Of a stretch of 64,000 nucleotides of DNA, positions 19,451-31,221 are shown one piece after another; position 1 is the stretch's first letter; the number at the start of each line of letters is the position of its first letter. A program made the translations under genes and the position numbers. The DNA comes from an uncultured Nitrospinota bacterium (GTDB taxonomy: Bacteria; Nitrospinota; Nitrospinia; Nitrospinales; JAJDAT01). The stretch spans positions 65,516-129,515 of the forward strand of contig CAYFMN010000005.1 in the NCBI GenBank assembly GCA_964344185.1, read 5' to 3'. The notes beneath the pieces were generated by a model. It was given only the letters and a program-made list of their open reading frames with translations. It searched no databases and was not told where the DNA came from.

Positions 19451-19524
19451 CACGCCCAAGAGGACTCGAACCTCCGACCTTCGGTTCCGCAAACCGACGC
19501 TCTATCCAGCTGAGCTATGGGCGC
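19451..19524 (-). tRNA. tRNA-Arg(GCG)
   Basis: Reverse complement is GCGCCCATAGCTCAGCTGGATAGAGCGTCGGTTTGCGGAACCGAAGGTCGGAGGTTCGAGTCCTCTTGGGCGTG. Stem TCGGT/ACCGA closes the loop TTGCGGA, giving anticodon GCG. A20 is present in the D-loop. Positions 1:72 form a G:U pair. Confidence 0.75.
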
Positions 19525-19647
19525 TTAATATTCGATATAAATTTAACTAAACCTATTTATAAAACCAAGGCTTTGGGAACTAAAATCAAAATGATTCCTA
19601 AGAAACTAACTCTAATTTAAGAGGAAACAACACTCCTACGGAACGTT

Positions 19648-19675
19648 GAGATCTCCCCACTTCGGTCGAGATGAC
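19648..19675. repeat. short intergenic hairpin repeat (GTCAT...GAGATCTC family)
   Basis: gagatctccccacttcggtcgagatgac. Its reverse complement is gtcatctcgaccgaagtggggagatctc, the same design as the copies at 45.2, 45.4 and 63.0-63.3 kb. Confidence 0.5.
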
Positions 19676-19726
19676 GTTAGGGAGTTAGTTCCTAAATCAA
19701 CAAACTAAAAATCCCAATAAAGAGTT

Positions 19727-20326
19727 TTAAGAGACTCCCATAGGAATATAATCGGTCAACAAAATTTCATACCGCTCATGTTCAAAACCGTAAAGTTTGG
19801 GAAACCGCTTAAACGCCCAACCTTCAAAAATCCGTTTGTCCTTTTCATGAACAATAAATTGAACGGCCGGGTTAGTAGGTTCATTACCCAAAGATGTATA
19901 GTATACCTTATCCATCACAAAGTTTGGAAAAAACGCCCCAACAGTAACCGTCAAATCGGAACCAGTCAAAACAAACGACTCGCCTAAATTAACGGTTTTG
20001 ACTTCGGTTTTTTCCTCGTCTTGTTTATCCTTTATTATAAACTTTACGGCTTTCCACTTTCCTTCAACTTCTTTGGGAATTTGTATTGCGCGTTGTTGTT
20101 TTTGATTCTCGGTAATTTCCGGATGATTTTCCACCTCGGTACGCGAACCTTCGGCGTAAGCCGAACTCTCAGCTTTAACCATTGGCTTTGGGGCCATACC
20201 CGGTAAATTAACCTCGCTTAAAGGGATTTCCCTTGGCTTTTGGTTTCTCTTGGCTAAATCCGCTTCCGAACAACCAAAAGAAACAAAAGCGATAATTAAT
20301 AAAAGAGTTTTCAGTCCTTGCATCAA
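19727..20326 (-). CDS. hypothetical lipoprotein embedded in the tRNA array
   Basis: 199 aa with signal peptide and lipobox (LLIIAFVSFGC|SE). No family confidently recognised. Confidence 0.65.
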   Translation of the reverse strand: MMQGLKTLLLIIAFVSFGCSEADLAKRNQKPREIPLSEVNLPGMAPKPMVKAESSAYAEGSRTEVENHPEITENQKQQRAIQIPKEVEGKWKAVKFIIKDKQDEEKTEVKTVNLGESFVLTGSDLTVTVGAFFPNFVMDKVYYTSLGNEPTNPAVQFIVHEKDKRIFEGWAFKRFPKLYGFEHERYEILLTDYIPMGVS

Positions 20327-20347
20327 GCGGTTTTATCCTAAGTTTTA

Positions 20348-20441
<94 letters not shown>

Positions 20442-20470
20442 TTATAATTCTCAATCAATAATAGCAACAA

Positions 20471-20553
20471 CGGAGGGAGTAGGATTCGAACCCACGGAAC
20501 TTTCGTTCAACGGTTTTCAAGACCGCCGCCTTAAACCACTCGGCCATCCCTCC
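20471..20553 (-). tRNA. tRNA-Ser(TGA), class II, no encoded CCA
   Basis: Reverse complement is GGAGGGATGGCCGAGTGGTTTAAGGCGGCGGTCTTGAAAACCGTTGAACGAAAGTTCCGTGGGTTCGAATCCTACTCCCTCCG. Anticodon loop is CTTGAAA. Confidence 0.85.
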
Positions 20554-20679
20554 TTGCTATTTCTTTAGCAATTACAGACCTGGTTCAGTCGATTTTTCTT
20601 TATTTATTTTTTAGTGGCCTTATTTTATATGGAGACCTCTTCTAGGACAATAAAAAAAAACTTTAAATATTCCAATAAT

Positions 20680-21966
20680 TTAAGAACCTAATTCTATTTT
20701 CTTACTCCCTCTCATATAAGATTGAAGCGGTTCAGGAATCATTATCGAACCGTCGGGCTGTTGAAAATTTTCTAATAGCGCCACAAACAACCTGCCAACA
20801 GCCAATCCGGAACCATTAAGAGTATGAACAAAAGCGGTTTTACCATCTTCTTTCTTTTTGTAACGAATTTTTGCTCTACGCGCTTGATAATCGGAAAAAG
20901 TACTGCAAGAAGAAATTTCTCGATACGCGTTTTGACTGGGAATCCAAACCTCCAAATCAAACGTTTTTGCCGCCGAAAAACCAAGATCGCCTACGCATAA
21001 AACCACAACCCTGTATGCCAACCCAAGTTTTTGCAAAATTCCCTCAGCGTTGGCTAACAAACTATCAAGCTCATCAAAAGCTTTTTCGGGTTCTACAAAC
21101 TTGACTAACTCAACCTTATCAAACTGATGTTGACGAATTAACCCATGAGTGTCTTTTCCATAAGAACCCGCTTCTCTTCTAAAACAAGGCGTAAAAGCAG
21201 TGTACTTTATCGGCAACGAGTCTTGACCTAGAATCTCATCGCGATGAAAATTTGTTACAGGCACCTCGGCTGTAGGAATTAAATAATACGGATCGTCGTT
21301 TAATTTAAATAAATCCTCTTCAAATTTAGGTAATTGTCCGGTTCCAGTCATGGATTCGCGATTGACCATAAATGGAGGATACAACTCTTCATACCCGTTT
21401 TCTTGAGTGTGGGTATCAAGCATAAAAGAGGTTAAAGCCCGCATTAATCGCGCCCCTTGCCCCTTAAATACTGAAAAGCGCGATCCTGCCAACTTAACGG
21501 CTCGTTTCATATCGATAATTCCAAGAGCCTCGCCTAATTCCACATGGTTCTTTATTTCAAAATCAAATTGAGGAACTTCGCCCCAAGTTCTAATAATCTC
21601 ATTGGCGGTTTCGTCTTTTCCATCTGGAACAGAATCATGGGGAATATTCGGAATTTCTAACAACGTATCTTGAATTTCTTTTTCGCTCGATTGGGCTTTT
21701 TCATCCCATTCTTTTATGGACGCGTTGATTCTTTTCACTTCTTCCATTTGCGCGGTCGCGTCTTTTCCTTCCTTCTTAAGTTTTCCTACTTCAGCGGAGA
21801 GCGTTTTTTTACGATTCTTCAGAGATTCCGACTCAGATAAAGCTTTTCGTCTTTCAACATCAATCTCAATTAATCGGGAAACTTTTTCGGAGAAACCATC
21901 TCCTCTTCTAGTTAAACGATTTTTTATGTCGTCAGGATTCTCGCGGATTTGTTTAATATCGAGCAT
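20680..21966 (-). CDS. serS: seryl-tRNA synthetase
   Basis: 428 aa. Has the N-terminal coiled-coil arm (MLDIKQIRENPD...) and class II motifs (...FRREAGSYGKDTHGLIRQHQFDKVE..., ...TLNGSGLAVGR...). Confidence 0.95.
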   Translation of the reverse strand: MLDIKQIRENPDDIKNRLTRRGDGFSEKVSRLIEIDVERRKALSESESLKNRKKTLSAEVGKLKKEGKDATAQMEEVKRINASIKEWDEKAQSSEKEIQDTLLEIPNIPHDSVPDGKDETANEIIRTWGEVPQFDFEIKNHVELGEALGIIDMKRAVKLAGSRFSVFKGQGARLMRALTSFMLDTHTQENGYEELYPPFMVNRESMTGTGQLPKFEEDLFKLNDDPYYLIPTAEVPVTNFHRDEILGQDSLPIKYTAFTPCFRREAGSYGKDTHGLIRQHQFDKVELVKFVEPEKAFDELDSLLANAEGILQKLGLAYRVVVLCVGDLGFSAAKTFDLEVWIPSQNAYREISSCSTFSDYQARRAKIRYKKKEDGKTAFVHTLNGSGLAVGRLFVALLENFQQPDGSIMIPEPLQSYMRGSKKIELGS

Positions 21967-21999
21967 GAGCTGTTAGAGTTTGCAAAAATAATTGATTAA

Positions 22000-22848
22000 T
22001 TAACGACTTCGGCGGGTTAGATTGCTTGCGACTTTTCCAGATTTCTTAAGGCGAGTTTCAATTCCTTTTAATTTCATGTTTAAGATAGAAGCATATGGAT
22101 ATCCGCCAACAAGAGAATTAAAAGAAGCGTACGCTTCTTTTAATTTGCCTTCATCCTCTTGGCAACTAGCCATTACGAAATCCATCTCGCTTAAAAAAGG
22201 GCTTTCGGGAAACTTTTCTATAAACAATTCATACTTCTTTTCCGCTTCGGGGCAACGATTTAAAGCGTATAAAATCTCCGTCATTTTAAAAAAAGATTCT
22301 TCTACCCTTTTGCTATCCTTATATTTTTCTAAAAGAATTTCTAATTCAACCAGCGATTGTTCGTACTCTTGCTTCTTATAGTAAATAGAAGCAATGCGAA
22401 ACTGATGATCTCCGTTTTCCTCGGTTACATTAAAATTATGGATCAATTTCTGATATTCAATAATAGATTGATCGTAATCTTTTAGCGAAAATTCGACTAT
22501 CTCAGAAATATACTTTTGAGCAGCGTAAGCAAATTTTCCGTGTTTAGCTACTTTGAGTAGTTCTTTAAAATATATTAACGCTTGAGAACTATTACCAATA
22601 CTAAAATAGGTGATCTCCCCCAATCTAAATAAAGCTTCTTCAGCTTGAGGACCTTTTGGCCTTTCCTCCAAAACCGTTTTTAAGATCTCGATCGCGCTAT
22701 GGTTATGCCCTTTAATCCATTCCTCGTCGGCTTCTTTGAACAAATTTTCGATTCTATCTTCAGTGCAAGCGCAAAGAAAAAGAAAAAAGAAAAAAAAACA
22801 AAATCTAAAATTTGCTTCTAGCCAAACTGATTTAACAGCTTTTTTCAT
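22000..22848 (-). CDS. TPR-repeat lipoprotein (BamD/YbgF-like architecture, unassigned)
   Basis: 282 aa with a hydrophobic leader ending in Cys (FLFLCAC|TE) and several TPR-like helical pairs. Its start overlaps the gyrA stop. Confidence 0.6.
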   Translation of the reverse strand: MKKAVKSVWLEANFRFCFFFFFLFLCACTEDRIENLFKEADEEWIKGHNHSAIEILKTVLEERPKGPQAEEALFRLGEITYFSIGNSSQALIYFKELLKVAKHGKFAYAAQKYISEIVEFSLKDYDQSIIEYQKLIHNFNVTEENGDHQFRIASIYYKKQEYEQSLVELEILLEKYKDSKRVEESFFKMTEILYALNRCPEAEKKYELFIEKFPESPFLSEMDFVMASCQEDEGKLKEAYASFNSLVGGYPYASILNMKLKGIETRLKKSGKVASNLTRRSR

Positions 22849-25265
22849 TCAACCAATTTTTCGAAACTTACTACTTTATTGGAGTCTTTTAACACCACTA
22901 ATCGCACGCCTTGCGTATTTCTGCCAATAACTGAAATACCGCTGGCTGCCGTCCGTATAATATTGCCATCGGTAGAAATAATTAGAATCTCGTCGCTATC
23001 AGAAACTTGTCGGATACCAACCAACGATCCCGTTTTCTCATTAGATTTTAAAGTAATAACTCCATATCCACCTCGACCTTGCACGGGATAGTCTTCTACA
23101 GCCGTTCGTTTTCCTAAACCAGATTCGGTCACAATTAAAACGGTTTTATCCGGTTCCACAATTTCTGCGCCAACCACGCGATCACCTTCCCTTAACCGAA
23201 TTCCCATAACGCCTCGACCTGTTCTCCCAATGGCTCGCACTTCCGTTTCTTTAAAACGAATGGACATGCCATTGCGGGTGGCTAGCAATAAATCCTGAGA
23301 ACCGTCGGACAATCGCGCCGCTATCAGTCGATCTCCTTCATCAATCGATAAACCTATAATACCGCCTTGACGCGGTCGGCTATATGCGGAAAGACTAGTC
23401 TTTTTAACGATTCCATTTTCAGTGATTAAAACAATAAACTTGTCTTCTAATTCTTTGAGCGATAAAGAAAGGATTCCGGCAATTTGTTCACCCTGTTGAA
23501 GATTCAATAAATTTACGATGGGTTTACCTTTTGCCGTTCTGCTCGCTTCTGGAATTTGATAAACTTTCAACCAATGCACTTTTCCCAGATTGGTAAATAC
23601 TAACAAATCGGAAAGACTGCTAGCAATTAGCAGTTCTTGAACAACATCTTCCTCTCTTAAACTAAAACCTCTAACGCCTTTACCGCCGCGTTTTTGCGCT
23701 CTGTAGTTTTCCAGATTATCTCTTTTTATGTAACCGCTTCTTGAAAGCGTAACCACCATATCCTCATCGGCAATCATGTCTTCAATTGAGATATCGGCTT
23801 CCTCAATTTGAACAATCTCGGTTCTACGGTCATTTCCGTATTTATCCCGAATTGCGGTGAGTTCCTCAGTAATGATTTTTAACTTCACGCTTTCGTTGGC
23901 TAATATATTTTCAAGCTCTTTAATTTGTTTTCTGATCTCTTCCAACTCATCAACTATCTTTTGCCTTTCTAATCCAGTCAATCTTTGCAACCGCATTTCT
24001 AAAATAGCTTTCGCTTGAGCTTCAGATAATCCAAACCGTTCCGTCAACCCTTCTTTAGCGGTTGCTGGATCGGCGGATTCTCTTATCAGAGCAACCACTT
24101 CATCCATGTTGTCGATTGCAATCTTTAACCCTTCAAAGATGTGTTCTCTTTCTCGAGCCTTTCGTAAATCAAACTCGGTTCGTCTGGTAACAACTTCTTT
24201 TCGAAATAAGACGAAATAATTTAAAACATCTTTCAGATTAAGGACCTTCGGCTGGTTATTGATTAAGGCGAGCATATTGATGCCGAAAGTTTCCTGCAAT
24301 TGAGTGTGTTTATATAAATTATTTAAAACAACTTCTGCTATAGTTCCTTTTTTTAGTTCAACAACTATACGAATCCCTTCACGGTCGGACTCGTCTCGAA
24401 GATCCGAAATTCCTTCCAGTTTTTTCTCTCGAACCAACTGTGCAATCTTTTCAACAACTCTTGCTTTATTAACCTGATACGGAATTTCCTTAACGATCAA
24501 GGTGGATCGATCATCTTTCTCGTTAGTCTCTATTTCGACTTTGGCGCGCATTTTAATTACGCCTCGACCGGTTCTATAAGCCGTTCTGATTCCAGCTGAG
24601 CCCATTATTAATCCAGAAGTCGGAAAGTCAGGTCCTGGCATGATCTGAATTAACTCTTCAACCGGACATTCTGGGTTTTCAATCAAATGAATAACGGCGT
24701 TCACAGTTTCAGTTAGGTTGTGAGGAGGAATATTTGTCGCCATTCCAACGGCGATTCCCGAAGCCCCATTTACTAACAAATTAGGAAACGCCGCAGGCAG
24801 TAGAGTAGGTTCCTCCATAGAATCGTCGTAATTAGGAACAAAAGGAACCGTTTCCTTCTCAAGATCCCGAAGCATCTCCTGAGATATTTCCGCCATCCTA
24901 ACTTCTGTATATCTCATGGCGGCGGCGGAATCGCCGTCAATGGAACCAAAGTTTCCTTGACCGTCAACCAAAGGAAATCTCATTGAAAAATCTTGCGCTA
25001 ATCGTACAATTGTATCGTAAGCCGCCGTTTCACCATGTGGATGGTATTTACCTATAACATCCCCAACAATACGCGCAGATTTTTTATAGGGACGATTGAA
25101 AACGTTGGATTGTTCATGCATTGCAAAAAGAACTCGTCGATGAACTGGTTTGAGTCCATCGCGAACATCCGGCAAAGCTCGACCTACAATTACACTCATG
25201 GCGTAATCGAGGTAAGAGTTCCTCATTTCATCTTCAATATCTATTTGCTCAATAATTTCAGGCAT
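22845..25265 (-). CDS. gyrA: DNA gyrase subunit A
   Basis: 806 aa with NSYLDYAMSVIVGRALPDVRDGLKPVHRR, the active-site region AAMRYTE and a C-terminal beta-pinwheel repeat region. Confidence 0.97.
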   Translation of the reverse strand: MPEIIEQIDIEDEMRNSYLDYAMSVIVGRALPDVRDGLKPVHRRVLFAMHEQSNVFNRPYKKSARIVGDVIGKYHPHGETAAYDTIVRLAQDFSMRFPLVDGQGNFGSIDGDSAAAMRYTEVRMAEISQEMLRDLEKETVPFVPNYDDSMEEPTLLPAAFPNLLVNGASGIAVGMATNIPPHNLTETVNAVIHLIENPECPVEELIQIMPGPDFPTSGLIMGSAGIRTAYRTGRGVIKMRAKVEIETNEKDDRSTLIVKEIPYQVNKARVVEKIAQLVREKKLEGISDLRDESDREGIRIVVELKKGTIAEVVLNNLYKHTQLQETFGINMLALINNQPKVLNLKDVLNYFVLFRKEVVTRRTEFDLRKAREREHIFEGLKIAIDNMDEVVALIRESADPATAKEGLTERFGLSEAQAKAILEMRLQRLTGLERQKIVDELEEIRKQIKELENILANESVKLKIITEELTAIRDKYGNDRRTEIVQIEEADISIEDMIADEDMVVTLSRSGYIKRDNLENYRAQKRGGKGVRGFSLREEDVVQELLIASSLSDLLVFTNLGKVHWLKVYQIPEASRTAKGKPIVNLLNLQQGEQIAGILSLSLKELEDKFIVLITENGIVKKTSLSAYSRPRQGGIIGLSIDEGDRLIAARLSDGSQDLLLATRNGMSIRFKETEVRAIGRTGRGVMGIRLREGDRVVGAEIVEPDKTVLIVTESGLGKRTAVEDYPVQGRGGYGVITLKSNEKTGSLVGIRQVSDSDEILIISTDGNIIRTAASGISVIGRNTQGVRLVVLKDSNKVVSFEKLVE

Positions 25266-25374
25266 TCATTTCTCCAAAAAACTCTGGAATTTTCAAAGAA
25301 GTTTTAGCGCTATTTTAAAGAATTGTTATTTTTAGGTCTGCGAAGAAAACCAAGAGAACTTCAAAAAAACCCGC

Positions 25375-27975
<2,601 letters not shown>

Positions 27976-28036
27976 TTACTTTAATTAGTAAAAAAAGTCT
28001 TATATATATTTTAAGAAGAAGAAGGGCTTGTTAAAA

Positions 28037-28198
28037 TGTGGAAAAGCTAGCTAAGTACTCAAAATATAAAGGAAAATTCTATGAATAAATTGTTAGACAA
28101 AATGATACTTTTTTCGGACACGGAAGGATGTAACTTTTTTTACAATATTATACCTTATTTTCCACAAGGATTCACAATTAATTAACAGGTTATCCACG
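28037..28198. promoter_or_regulatory. cluster of four DnaA-box-like 9-mers in the dnaA-gyrB spacer
   Basis: tgtggaaaa at 28037-28045 (reverse complement TTTTCCACA), ttttccaca at 28158-28166, ggattcaca at 28168-28176, and ttatccacg at 28190-28198 (overlaps the dnaA stop). Consensus is TTATNCACA. Confidence 0.4.
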
Positions 28199-29524
28199 TT
28201 CTATTTTTTCGATTAAAGTTTGCACTGACCTGGATATTTCGTTGTTTTCTTTCAATAGCTTACCTATTTTTGTGTGCGAATAAATTACGGTGGTATGATC
28301 CTTCCCACCAAACTCTTTTCCGATCTCCGGTAAGGAGGATTTGGTGCGTTCCCTACACAGGAACATTGCAATTTGTCTTGGAACGGAAATATCACGAGAA
28401 CGCTTCTTGGATTTTAAATCAGAAACCTTTAAATTATAATGAGATGCGACTTGTTTCAGGATGTTTTGAATTGTAAAATTTTCTAAATGATCCTGGGAAA
28501 ACTTCTTGAAGACATTTTTGGCCAAATCCATATTTATAGGTTTTGAAGTAAAAGAAGAATATGCGATTAATCTCAATAGTATTCCTTCCAATTCCCTAAT
28601 GTTTGAGCGGATATTATTTGCTATATAAATCGCCACATCCTCGGATAGATTTATTCCTTGAATTTCTGCTTTTTTTAATAAAATCGCAACCTTAGTTTCC
28701 AAATCTGGAGGTTCCATATCCGCTATCAAACCGCATTCAAAGCGAGATCGGAGCCTTTCCTGAATTTTTTTCATTTCTTTTGGAATCGCGTCGCTTGTAA
28801 TAATAACCTGCTTGTGCGCCTCATATAGCGAATTAAACGTATAAAAAAACTCTTCCTGAGTTCGGTCCTTGCCTTCGATAAACTGAATATCGTCGACTAG
28901 TAGAACGTCTAAAGGTCGGTATCGGTCACGAAAAGCGTTCATACCATCCTTTTTCAATGACTGAATTAAATCGATAGTAAATCCTTCGGTGGAAACATAT
29001 CTGATTTTTAATTTTTTATTTTTTTCGTGAATAGCGTTACCAATAGCATGAAGGAGATGAGTTTTCCCTAAGCCAACAGAACCATAAATAAACAAGGGGT
29101 TATAGGCCATGGCGGGATTAGAGGCCACGGCTTTTGCCGCCGCGTGAGCGAATTGGTTGCAACCGCCCACTACAAAGTTTTTGAAAGTATATTTTTGATT
29201 AAGCGAGGAATTAAAACCTAAATGGTCTTGTTCGTTCGTTTCAATATAGTTGTGTTTTTCATATGAAATTTTTGTTCCGTTTCTTGCGGAATAAACTTTA
29301 AATTTAACGCGAAGCGGAGCTCCTGAAACGGTTTTTAGAGAGTTTTCTATTATATCTAGATAATTTTCTTTCAGGTATTTTTTGAAAAACTCATTGGGTA
29401 CGCCCAGAGTGAAAACCTGGCCGTCGTACGAAATTGGGGAGGTAGGGGTGAACCAGGTGTTATAGTTTTCTGGAACAACCTGATTTACTATTTCTTCTAA
29501 ACATTTGCTCCAGAGAACTTCCAT
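28190..29524 (-). CDS. dnaA: chromosomal replication initiator protein DnaA
   Basis: 444 aa with AAA+ Walker A (GSVGLGKTHLLHAIG), Walker B (LLVDDIQF), sensor region and the C-terminal domain IV HTH (...GGKDHTTVIYSHTKI...). Confidence 0.97.
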   Translation of the reverse strand: MEVLWSKCLEEIVNQVVPENYNTWFTPTSPISYDGQVFTLGVPNEFFKKYLKENYLDIIENSLKTVSGAPLRVKFKVYSARNGTKISYEKHNYIETNEQDHLGFNSSLNQKYTFKNFVVGGCNQFAHAAAKAVASNPAMAYNPLFIYGSVGLGKTHLLHAIGNAIHEKNKKLKIRYVSTEGFTIDLIQSLKKDGMNAFRDRYRPLDVLLVDDIQFIEGKDRTQEEFFYTFNSLYEAHKQVIITSDAIPKEMKKIQERLRSRFECGLIADMEPPDLETKVAILLKKAEIQGINLSEDVAIYIANNIRSNIRELEGILLRLIAYSSFTSKPINMDLAKNVFKKFSQDHLENFTIQNILKQVASHYNLKVSDLKSKKRSRDISVPRQIAMFLCRERTKSSLPEIGKEFGGKDHTTVIYSHTKIGKLLKENNEISRSVQTLIEKIERG

Positions 29525-30313
29525 AGATCTCCATTTTCTCAGGTCTAAAGACGAGGCGAAAAATTAACTGTTTTTTGAGGAATGGGAGCTATAGTAATGA
29601 AGCTCCAATTCAAAATCAATACAAAAATTTTTTTCTTTTATTTTAGATAACTATTTGATTTTAAATTGATTATTTTAAATTTCGGATTGATAAAAACTTA
29701 AAATAATTGATTTTCAACGACTTAAAATTAGAAATTTTTTTAAAAATTAGGTAATTCTAATCTGGTATATAAATTAGGTTTTTGAGCATATGTTATGAAA
29801 AATCAGCGTAATTTTATTATTTGTTTTAGTTAATTATGATAATAAATTTCATTTTCATATTTTTGTTTTTCAGAATGGCCACTGAAAAACTTTATTTAAG
29901 ACCGTCACTATTCATGAAAGTTTTCTAAAATTTGTTTTTTGAACCGATACCTACCTAAAAAACCTTGTTAAAGATTTTTTTTCAATAAGATACAAAAACA
30001 ATATCCTTCATTCTCCATAATAGGTAAGGGCAGTTTAAATCGCCTATAGATTTTTTTAAGGGAAGAACCCTTTTTTCTCCAAAGCAGAGGTTTACCTCCT
30101 TCCTCTGATTACTTGTCTAAATCGAATGTAAACCCCCTCCCTTACATTCGGTTTAGTGGTGGAAAAGGGTTCTTCTCTTTCCTACTAAATTTTGGAAAAG
30201 ATGAATTGTTTTATTTCTAAATATTGCGCGATTTAAAATTGGAATATCTATATTAAATCCGTAATTTGGGAGGAATTTTTTAAACTAACAATTAATTAGA
30301 AAGGAATTTCAAT
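29525..30313. other. AT-rich non-coding region upstream of dnaA at a gene-orientation switch; candidate oriC / DNA-unwinding region
   Basis: About 790 bp without a credible ORF. ATTGAT(T/A) repeats lie at about 29655-29715. Genes to the left (19.7-29.5 kb) are all on the minus strand and genes to the right (30.3-32.2 kb) are on the plus strand. I found no perfect TTATCCACA box here. Confidence 0.3.
30123..30162. promoter_or_regulatory. hairpin + GTTTAGTGGTGG box element, copy 3
   Basis: CGAATGTAA (30123-30131) and TTACATTCG (30142-30150) form a perfect 9-bp stem with loop ACCCCCTCCC. GTTTAGTGGTGG follows at 30151-30162. The element is nested inside an outer 13-bp inverted repeat, gaagaaccctttt (about 30062) and aaaagggttcttc (about 30164-30176). 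Confidence 0.45.
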
Positions 30314-30541
30314 ATGGCAGTAAATTTAATCAGTCGTCCTGACGTAGCTTTAAAAAATAAATCCATTAAAGAAAAGGAAACCGTAATTTCCGAGTATTTA
30401 TCAAAATATCCTGACTCGGAATCTGCGGTAAACGCTGTAAAAACCAAAATAGATTCGGCTCAAGATTTATCTCAGATTAAGTCAAATTTAAACGAGGTAT
30501 TTGCCGAAATTATAAAAGTTATGTATGCCTTAGGAAAATAG
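30314..30541 (+). CDS. hypothetical small protein (75 aa)
   Basis: The ATG is preceded by AAAGGAA. The stop lies 1 nt before the next gene start. No family recognised. Confidence 0.5.
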   Translation: MAVNLISRPDVALKNKSIKEKETVISEYLSKYPDSESAVNAVKTKIDSAQDLSQIKSNLNEVFAEIIKVMYALGK

Positions 30542-30542
30542 A

Positions 30543-30905
30543 ATGTCAAACTCGGAAGCAAATACTGATCGGATTGACCGCATGTCAGTTCGATTAGAAA
30601 AAACAAATGAAAACATAAATGATTTAACCCATGCCGTAACAGAAAATACCGCAGAGATGAAAGAGCTATGTCGAAGAATAGACGGTATTCACAGCACTCT
30701 TTATGGAAATGATGGTATGAGCGGTTTAGTTGATATTGGAAGATTCTCTAAAGAAAAAGTGGAAGAACACGAAACTTTGTTAAGAGGCAAAAATAAAAAC
30801 AATGGGTTAGTCCATGAAGTGCAAATGTTCAAGAGGGTGGCGACATACCTCGGAGGCGGAGGTATTATCGGAGCTTTTTTGGAGTTTTTTAAAAGACAAA
30901 CATAA
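30543..30905 (+). CDS. hypothetical coiled-coil protein with C-terminal hydrophobic anchor (holin-like architecture is speculative)
   Basis: 120 aa. The N-terminal half is charged and helical, and the C-terminus VATYLGGGGIIGAFLEFF is a single hydrophobic segment. Tightly coupled to 30314..30541. Confidence 0.5.
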   Translation: MSNSEANTDRIDRMSVRLEKTNENINDLTHAVTENTAEMKELCRRIDGIHSTLYGNDGMSGLVDIGRFSKEKVEEHETLLRGKNKNNGLVHEVQMFKRVATYLGGGGIIGAFLEFFKRQT

Positions 30906-31221
30906 AATTTTTAGAGAGTTGAAAGTTTTTAGGACGCTTCTAAAAATTGTCATTTTTATTGGCTTGTTATCGCCTAGCCATTGAATTTAAGAGTTAGGCT
31001 CCTGGAAAATCGGAGTTTTTAGAGGTTCCCTTTATTTAAAACCTCTCTGAATATTTTTATGAATTTAAATCTTAAAAGTTTAGAAAATATTTTTAAGCGC
31101 ATTGATTTAAGGTGAAATGCCGTTTGGAGCTTATTGAAATATCGCTTCAAATTTATATCGAGTAATTTTCAATAGGTTCTAGCGGCGTTTTTTTGAAGTC
31201 CTCTGCCATTCAAGGAGGTCT

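Noticed and set aside
30060-30180. Minus-strand mini-ORF (about 37 codons from a CTG after AGGAAGGAGG) downstream of hairpin/box copy 3
   Set aside because: The start codon is non-canonical, the ORF is very short, and no conservation information is available. It is mentioned only as context for the element.
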